Positions 1 through 8,134 of a stretch of DNA of 64,000 nt are shown in pieces (the first letter of the stretch is position 1; each line of letters begins with the position of its first letter). Below the pieces are notes generated by a model. It saw only the letters and a program-made list of their open reading frames with translations, did not search any database and was not told the DNA's origin. Position numbers and translations under genes: made by a program. Origin of the DNA: Cyanidioschyzon merolae (lineage: Eukaryota); the NCBI GenBank assembly GCA_000091205.1, contig AP006491.2, one strand, 5' to 3'.

Positions 1-964
1 ATGTGACTTGATGTTGCACATTGGAACCAGGTTGAAGCGCTTCCCCATTAGGACAGCCTTCCGTCTCTCCCACTCTTCATTGTTTTCCCCACTCAGCTTC
101 ATCTCCGCTTTGCGTTCGAGTTCACGGTCCAAAAACACGAAGTACCTCAAGATGAGGAGGCAGTATCTTTCCTTATCTTTTTTCAACTCTGATACCTTTT
201 CTGATGGATTCACCAGCCCCAAGACTGCACGGTGCTCTTGTATAACCGCACGGATCACAGAAGCTTCATTCGTGCTCTCGTTTGACGCCTTCTTCTCGAC
301 AAATTCGACCTCATCTTCACGCTTGCGATCTTTCATGATGCCATTGATAATCGCCCATTTTCCATTGCGGGATAGGCCCGGGTAGAGTGCAACCACGGCG
401 CGTATTAAGAAACGTTCGAGGTTCGTTGTCAAATGGTTCTTCAGGTTCGTGATGCACTTCATCGCCCCATAGTCGTAAATATCGCGGTCACCCCTGCATC
501 GAGTACCGTTGAAGCTGTAGAAGGGATGTTTTTCGTGGAGGGCACGCACCAGCTAATGTTCCGTCCGCGCTCTCTCTGTGCCAAGCATCAGGTGACGAAT
601 AAACGTCTTGTCGAGAAACTCGTCCGCAACCTCGACTATTTCCATGTGCGTCACGTCTTCGTACATCTCCCTCGCGCAATGCATCAGTTCTGACGACGCC
701 TTGACAATACTCTTGGAGTACGAATCGAGACGTTTTTTGATAGCGTCTCGCAACTCTTCCCTGTAGGGATCCTTGATATGTCCAAGAAGGAAGGATTTCA
801 CCGCCTTCTCGTTGTACAGCCGTCTTTCTTGCCGCCTTCGACGTAGGGCCTCCCCCCTTCGGTTCCTCTTCTCTTTCTTTTCTTCTGGACTCGGCACTGT
901 TTTTTGTTTTTTTTCTGGCAGCCGGCGACCTTGGGCCCCCAGGATCGTGCACTTTCTTTTCCAT
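1..964 (-). pseudogene. Truncated, frameshifted second copy (N-terminal part) of the TnpB/Fanzor-like gene. It continues beyond the left window edge.
   Basis: Minus-strand ORFs 488..964 and 553..897 encode [11 protein letters not shown]... and ...[41 protein letters not shown]...RTEH. These are near-identical to the N-terminus of the 5739..7913 gene. A 1-nt insertion in a poly-A run shifts the frame relative to the other copy. Plus-strand ORF 8..385 is the antisense of the continuing reading frame, matching ORF 6317..6694(-) of the other copy. Confidence 0.7.
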
Positions 965-1225
965 AACTTTCCTTTTTAGTATTTTTGAGAAAGAACGCTC
1001 TTTGAACCCTTCTGTTATATGCTGCGAAAAAACACTTGACTAGACTTGTTTGAGAGCTGACACAAAAATGAACTGAAAACTATACGTTGCCAAGATCTCA
1101 ACGGGAATCCGACTTTTACAGCTGAACAACACGCTACTGATCTCAATCGAGTTTCCCTTCAACGGCGACATACGCGTCGTGTCTCATGCCTGCCAGATCC
1201 CCCAGGTGCACTCACCGGGCGCGAC
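1..1225. repeat. Left arm of a ~1.2 kb inverted repeat. Its partner is at 5478..6700.
   Basis: The reverse complement of 1021..1225 matches 5478..5690 almost base for base (for example gctgcgaaaaaacacttgactagacttgtttgagagctgacacaaaaatgaactgaaaac). The coding parts match the ORF pairs 8..385(+)/6317..6694(-) and 488..964(-)/5739..6149(+). Confidence 0.85.
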
Positions 1226-4200
1226 TCTTTTTTTCATAGACAAGACGTTTACTTGTGCCCGCATTCTCCGATTGTGCGCTTTTTCTTTTCTTACTTTTTT
1301 TTTCAGTGTGCGGTGACGTATCCATCAACCCCCTACCTCCATGTTACATTACTTGTACTTCGTTTTGGATATTCTGGTCGTTTCATACGTCCTATCGTGT
1401 GCCGAGCCTGCCGAAAGCGACAGCAACGGCGCCTAAAGCGCCGGTGCGGTCGCTGCACGGAGACAGAACGGCTTTTCCATACCACAGAGGGCGTCGGCTC
1501 GAGGCATGGTTCACCCGACGTAGAATCGGGTCTCGTCGTCAGTTTGAGCTCGGATAGTCTGCGGATGCAAGCTTGTCTTCGCTGCACGATACGCTGGAGA
1601 AACTTGGCTGTTAGGATACATCCTAGGAGCCGCCTCTCTCCTTCCTGGTCATGCATGGAATGCGTTGTTGTCGGTTGGCAATGCGAGTTTGTGCTTGACA
1701 CCCACCACTGTGGGTAGGCGCAGAAAGCGCACTGGGCCCGTGTGCGCATCCGATACGCTGGACCTCATGCCTAGAACGTAGCATGTGAGTTTGTTCGCCA
1801 CTAATGAGCGCTGAGGCTCGGTTAGCGGACCATCAGTTACCAGTGCTACACTCCGAGTGAGTGTCCGGCCTTCGACAATCACGGTGATGTCCAGCTGCTG
1901 CTGTCCCCCAAGGAGCTCGCTGCGCTCCTGCTTCCAGCGCGGGCAATGTAGGCCTAAATGTGTCAGCGTCTCGGGTATCTCGTCTCGACAGCAGGGACAG
2001 TGTGATTCCCAGTGCGATTCCAGTGTTCCTATACGGCTTAGAGCCGGTGCTGCCAGCCGGAAGCCACCAACGCGGATTTTGGCGAGCCACTGGGTACCTC
2101 GAGCAAGTCCCGGGAATTCCAGCCTCCTACCAGTACTTGCATGTGTATGCTAGGTTGTAGTTCCGGTATAGAGTCAAGCCGGCGTTACTGGCGCGACTGG
2201 TTCCGTGTATACGTTCCCATATGGTTGTTTGGACCGTTCGCTTGAGGCGGCGGGAGCCTTGTGCATTTCTGGGGAACGATTCGAGCGCATTTTCGCCTAA
2301 GAGGCGCTTCAGCCAAATATGCGTTGATTTCATCCAAGTGTTCTTGCGGTGCGTTGGGGTTTGCATGAAACTCCGACTGAACCAGGTGCGCATGGTGGGC
2401 CCTTTGGCCCATATGCGTGCCCGGCAGCCTGCTGCTATCGCTTCTGTCGAGGGTATTTGGAGTTCAAGTCCGAGTGCCAGCGCGGTGGTTGCTCTGCTCT
2501 GCACTGAGCATCAAACAACGACAACGAGTCGCATTGCCCTGTTGGCGGCTGTCTGCGGACGCGAGGCATTTGTGTGCTTCATGCCGCACCACCCAGCACC
2601 CCAGGTCGCAGGCTGGATGATACACATCCTTCGTGCGCTGGTACGAATTGCTATGCAGATAGAGGGGTCGGATGGGACTGGGCGTGCGATCGCTGTACGT
2701 CTATGCATCTTGGCGATCATCTCGTCAACGTGTGCGTTTTCGTCGAGCGTCGGCGTTAGACAGACCCCCAGGTAGCGATAGTTTTCCCCGATCGGAATTT
2801 CCTGATTCTGCAACCGCCACGAGCGATTGCGAATGCGCTGCGAGTCTCCATGGATGGCCATGACGCCGCACTTCGATGCTCCTACGTTCATCTCCCAGCG
2901 ATCGGCCCAGGCGCTGGCTTGTTGCATGCTACCCGCAAGCGTTTCCGGGGCGGGTGCCAACAGCACTATATCGTCCGCAACTAGACGGCCTGCGAGGCGG
3001 TTCCTATGTGAGGGCTCCTCATCGGGCATCTCCCCAGTCTATCCACGGCACCTCAAGCCCGTATTGTCTGCAGTTTTTCAGCGGATCGTTGATGAAGATG
3101 TTGAAAAGGAGCGGGGATGCGCGCTCGCCCTTTTGTAGTCCACGGCGTATTCTTATACAAGGGGTTCTTGAGCCGTCGCCCAGTCGGATGCGCATCCACG
3201 AGTCTGCATAGAGCGCACGGAAGAACGCTAAGCACTTTCCGGAGACTCCGGCTCGTTCCATCTTCAAAAATAGAGCCTCGTGCGGGACCGTGTCAAAGGC
3301 CTCTTGGAAGTCGATGAAGCATACGTAAGTTGGTTGTTGGCCGCTAATGGAGCGACGTTGCGCCACTTCAATGAGGGTCAGGGCATGGTTCATGCACTCA
3401 TCGCGGCTCCGGAATCCAGCCTGTTCTGGGGCGAAGAACTTGCGTTCCTCGAGGCCTCTCTGGATCCGGTTCGTGAGGTTGGCGCAAAAGTAGCTTCATG
3501 ATTGACGGGATGAGGCCGATAGGCCGGTAGATGTTCATGTCTTTGTGTGTAAGAGTCCTTTTTGAGGATCGGTACGACCTCGGCAGTCCTCCGTACATCT
3601 GGGATGCACGCTTCTTCAAACATGCGTTGAATGAGCTCCAGAAGGCGTTTGCATAAGATTGTGTCAGGTTCATCTGGTATCGATGGTGTCCCTGTTGTCT
3701 CGTATTTTGGGGTCACCAGTTTCATCCACTCCGCAGGGATACCGTCGATGCCAGGTGTTTTGCGGTTGCTTGAGCATAGTAGGGCCCGAACAGATTCAGG
3801 CCAGAAGATTGGCTCGTTCCATTCCGGTACCGGGTCGAGGCGCGGTAGTTCTGCAGCATATTGGTGCCAATAGATTCGGTCTTGGCAGTTCCCAGTTGCG
3901 TCTTCATGCAGCTCTATCCCGTGGTCCGTCCAGGCCTCATTCACTGAGGCACGCTCCGTCCTCAGCGCTTCCTTATAAACGATTGATGTGAGCCGCAAGC
4001 ACTTTTTTGGTGGGTCCAGTCTCGATCGAATGTAGCGCTAGGTCTCATCTTCGTTGGTGCCCTCGAGCATAAATTCCGTCAGGGAGTCGATTTTGCGGTT
4101 TCGATCCTCTCGTTTGTCTTCTCTGGAACGTTTCTTCTTTCTTTTGATAGCGTCCTCATGTTGCGCCTGTAGCGCCGGTAGCGCTGCCTTCGCTTCCTTG

Positions 4201-5477
4201 TCTCCGGCGTTGGCGCGTATGGCGGTGCGGTTGACGATCTTATAGAGTCGGTGGCATTCATCATTCCGAGTTTTGGTACGTCATTCCAGGTACCGCGGTT
4301 TGCAACTGTTGTGTTCTGGTGCAAGCAGTCCCAGTTCTCTGGCAATCTTCTGATTCCCATCTACATACTCGCGTGCCAATTGGTCAAAAGATTTGTATGC
4401 ACGGCTTTTCGGATCTTCAGCGCTGTGAGCAGGTGCCTGGGTTTGGCGACGTTTTTCTTGGGTTCCCGCTGGGGTGCCCTTTCGGGGGATCACTTGCGAT
4501 GGGCTCGTTTGGGGGGGTCTTCTTTCTATTCTTCTGTTTTTTCTTGTCGGTCTTCCTCGTCTTCTTCGGGCTCTTTCCTGAGCTGCTTTCTCTGGATATT
4601 TTGCATCTAAGTGGATCATGAGGTTTCTGTGCCTCCTTCTCCGTATCTGGTTGGGTCTCTTTACCTAATGCAGAGTCCTCCACTTGTATCAGTTCTTCGT
4701 TACAGTACTGGTAATTCGAAATCTCGTCGTCTAGTATCGAGGCCGTCCCACAAATATTCCATGATACGAAACCTATCGAGTCATAGCGCATACGGGAATA
4801 GGAATAGCGCTACGGTACTCCAGAGATACGTTGTCGATTTAGATACACGCTTCACGAGGTGTGTGAACGTACATGCCACCATTGCCCTCTGCATTCCAGT
4901 CGTTCATTGAGTGTCTGCCGCAGCGCTAGCGCGGAATCAGAAGTACATTAGTAAAGGTCGATTCGAATGCGACCTTTATCTTGCCGGACGCGTGTACCTC
5001 TCCTCAACCACAGGGGATACTCTACGAACCAACCTTTCAGCGGCTTCGTATCCGCTCCCCAAATACATAGGCGGGCAAGTCGCTTACTCCACCTTCGACA
5101 GTGAACATACTGGCAGCCGTCTTCAAAAGTATCCGCCGAGATTGTTTCCAAAGTTGAGGTAGGTACGCAAGGTAGGAGGTACAACTGAGCCCGAGTTCGA
5201 GGATAGATCCAGTATTTGCGCCGAAACCTGCAGCGTTGATTCGGGAGGGGCGAATGACTGCTCAGAACTCTCGTCAATATTTTCTGGTGCTACTGCCTCC
5301 GCCCCTCCGTTCGTTGCGGTCAAGGTCCCTGGCGTGGGCTTCCTTCCCCGTCGCTTAAACACCCCGCGTTAACCCATTTTCAGAGCTTCTCTGGAAAATC
5401 TAGACCTCTTAGGCGAGGGTGGTGTGTGGGGCTTTTAAGATAGTGGTTCTTTGATAAATAGTTTGCGACTAGTTTGC
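1226..5477 (-). mobile_element. Degenerate non-LTR (LINE-like) retrotransposon with a frameshifted reverse transcriptase. No intact endonuclease is recognisable.
   Basis: Minus-strand ORFs 3390..3998, 3019..3393 and 2511..3029 carry RT motifs in the expected order: KTPGIDGIPAEWMKL, RRTAEVVPILKK, YVCFIDFQEAFDTVPHEAL, QKGERASPLLFNIFINDPL, LVADDIVLLAP. An A-rich tail lies on the minus strand at ~1226..1300, exactly where the inverted-repeat arm ends. A possible APE-like start (SWNICG) at ~4740 sits in an otherwise unrecognisable segment. The 5' boundary is approximate. Confidence 0.75.
2511..3998 (-). pseudogene. Reverse transcriptase domain of the LINE-like element, split over three frames.
   Basis: RT motifs 0-5 are seen in the order expected on the minus strand. 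Frameshifts fall between ORFs 3390..3998, 3019..3393 and 2511..3029. Confidence 0.75.
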
Positions 5478-6700
5478 ATCACGCTCGGTGAGTGCACCTG
5501 GGGGATCTGGCAGACATGAGACACGACGCGTATGTCGCCGTTGAAGGGAAACTCGATTGGGATCAGTAGCGTGTTGTTCAGCTGTAAAAGTCGGATTCCC
5601 GTTGAGATCTTGGCAACGTATAGTTTTCAGTTCATTTTTGTGTCAGCTCTCAAACAAGTCTAGTCAAGTGTTTTTTCGCAGCATATAACAGAAGGGTTCA
5701 AAGAGCGTTCTTTCTCAAAAATACTAAAAAGGAAAGTTATGGAAAAGAAAGTGCACGATCCCGGAGGCCCAGTGTCGCCGGCTGCCAGAAAAAAACAAAA
5801 AACAGTGCCGAGTCCAGAAGAAAAGGAAGAGAAGAGGAACCGAAGGGGGGAGGTCCTACGTCGAAGGCGGCAAGAAAGACGGCTGTACAACGAGAAGGCG
5901 GTGAAATCCTTCCTTCTTGGACATATCAAGGATCCCTACAGGGAAGAGTTGCGAGACGCTATCAAAAAACGTCTCGATTCGTACTCCAAGAGTATTGTCA
6001 AGGCGTCGTCAGAACTGATGCATTGCGTGAGGGAGATGTACGAAGACGTGACGCACATGGAAATAGTCGAGGTTGCGGACGAGGTTTTCGACAAGACGTT
6101 TATTCGTCACCTGATGCTTGGCACAGAGAGAGCGCGGACGGAACATTAGCTGGTGCGTGCCCTCCACGAAAAACATCCCTTCTACAGCTTCAACGGTACT
6201 CGATGCAGGGGTGACCGCGATATTTACGACTATGGGGCGATGAAGTGCATCACGAACCTGAAGAACCATTTGACAACGAACCTCGAACGTTTCTTAATAC
6301 GCGCCGTGGTTGCACTCTACCCGGGCCTATCCCGCAATGGAAAATGGGCGATTATCAATGGCATCATGAAAGATCGCAAGCGTGAAGATGAGGTCGAATT
6401 TGTCGAGAAGAAGGCGTCAAACGAGAGCACGAATGAAGCTTCTGTGATCCGTGCGGTTATACAAGAGCACCGTGCAGTCTTGGGGCTGGTGAATCCAGCA
6501 GAAAAGGTATCAGAGTTGAAGAAAGATAAGGAAAGATACTGCCTCCTCATCTTGAGGTACTTCGTGTTTTTGGACCGTGAACTCGAACGCAAAGCGGAGA
6601 TGAAGCTGAGTGAAGAAAACAATGAAGAGTGGGAGAGACGGAAGGCTTTCCTAATGGGGAGGCGCTTCAACCTGGTTCCAATGTGCAACATCAAGTCACA
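5478..6700. repeat. Right arm of the ~1.2 kb inverted repeat. It is the 5' flank plus 5' coding region of the Fanzor-like gene.
   Basis: Reverse complement of 1..1225. It includes ~260 bp upstream of the ATG at 5739. Confidence 0.85.
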
Positions 6701-7913
6701 TTTTGTGACTGTCGACTCCAGAATCCTTTACGGCATCATGAAGGGGATCAGTCCGGAGTTCAATGTTAGCAGGGAGGAATTCTCCGGTGAAAACCGGGAG
6801 ACGTCTTGGAAGAGTCTCTTCGATTTCAAACGTCTCAAAGCCAGCAAACAAAAGGTACTTACTGGGTTGATCGAAACCGATGGAGTAGCCTTGTGTATAC
6901 ACTATCGGCGGTTGAAGAGAGATCGTCCAGTCCTGCCCTCGGCTGCGCCCGCGACGAAGGATGAAGATAAGAAGGAAGCGGCTCCTGTAACGCAGGAGGT
7001 GGAGGATAGTGACTTTCTCGTTGACGCGGCGAAGGATGAAGATAAGAAGGAAGCGGCTCCTGCGACGCAGGAGGTGGAGCATAACGACCTTGTCGTTGAC
7101 GCGGACCCTGGAAACACAAATATCATAACCATCGCTTTGCCCAGGCGTGTGGAAGATGATACTGATGGTAACTTACGTCAGAAAGACATGCGAATTTTGA
7201 GCTTCTCGAGAGCGAGATACGATCGAGAATCGGAAATCATGAATGCAAGGAAGAAAACTGAGACATGGAATGCAGGAATGAAGGAGCACCTGGAAGCTTT
7301 GAGCGAGGTGACGAGCCGAGGAGCGGACTTTGAAGCTTTTTGGAAATTCATGGAAGTTCGCATGGCGCATTGGGATGCCCTGTGGAAAGAGTATACAAAG
7401 CCCCGGTGGGCTCGTCTGCGTATGAACTTGTATTGTGGGAAGCAGCGGGCGTTCGCGAATTTGTTCAATGAGTTGAGCGCCTTGAAGGAGGATGGGAGTC
7501 AGAGGCTGGTAGTGGCTTATGGAGCAGGGCGCTGGGCGTCGAAGAAAGGCACTACGCCAGCTCCAACTACGAGGGTGCACAAGGAGTGCGCAAGGCGTTT
7601 TGTTACAATACCTGTAGATGAGTTCCGAACATCGAATACAAACCACGAGCTGGGATGCACACCCCAGAGAGTGGAGATGGAAAAGTGCCAGAGGAGCCCT
7701 GAGGAATTTGCAAATTACGGACCGCTGACGGAGGAGCAAATGGAAAGGAGAGCGAAAGTGCGAGGGCTACTTGCACTATTAAGTACAACGAACGATGGCA
7801 AGAAACGTATGGAGTTCGTGAATCTTGACTTTAATGCCGCTATCAATGTAAGGAGATGTGCGGTGCTGGAAAGTAGACCTCCAGAGTGGACACGAGAGAA
7901 CTTTTTTGGATAA
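5739..7913 (+). CDS. TnpB/Fanzor-like RuvC-domain nuclease (eukaryotic IS605 OrfB homolog), ~724 codons. The frame is interrupted by a single in-frame TAG at 6147..6149. It reads as an N-terminal 136-aa basic/NLS-like ORF 5739..6149 plus a core ORF 6153..7913 whose first ATG is ~6240.
   Basis: A RuvC-I-like motif [17 protein letters not shown] is at ~7086..7135. A RuvC-II-region block [28 protein letters not shown] has Ala where TnpB has the catalytic Glu, as described for Fanzor1. The TS motif plus Zn-finger remnant [15 protein letters not shown]...KC follows. The RuvC-III motif [10 protein letters not shown] is at ~7821..7850. The N-terminus is Lys/Arg-rich (RKKQKT...[17 protein letters not shown]). 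Confidence 0.6.
6956..7105 (+). repeat. 75-bp tandem duplication (x2) inside the Fanzor-like ORF.
   Basis: gaaggatgaagataagaaggaagcggctcctg(t/c)(a/g)acgcaggaggtggag... occurs twice in tandem. It encodes [25 protein letters not shown] then [25 protein letters not shown], and runs into the RuvC-I motif. Confidence 0.85.
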
Positions 7914-8134
7914 CCTCCCAAAGTCGAACTATATGAGAAAAAGTTGGAAGCAGAAGTAGGTGGCCGGTCGAAAAAGGCGCGGAGGCGCCTGCGCGTCGAC
8001 TGGAAACGTTTCGTGTAAGGCGCGGTTTTCCCGCCACTACTGTAAACTGCCGACGTCGTTCGACTTAGAGCGGCGTTGGCGGCTGTCCGTTCAGGGTGGC
8101 CTCCTGTGCGAGCTTGGCGTCGATACTTGCACAT

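Noticed and set aside
433-693. An 86-aa [27 protein letters not shown]... that is conserved with 6009..6269(-).
   Set aside because: The conservation is only because both lie in the inverted-repeat arms. They are antisense to the Fanzor-like reading frame.
4281-4791. A possible APE endonuclease domain of the LINE (SWNICG...).
   Set aside because: Only the first few residues resemble an EN start. The remainder is Lys-rich low complexity spread over three frames, so it cannot be supported as a domain.
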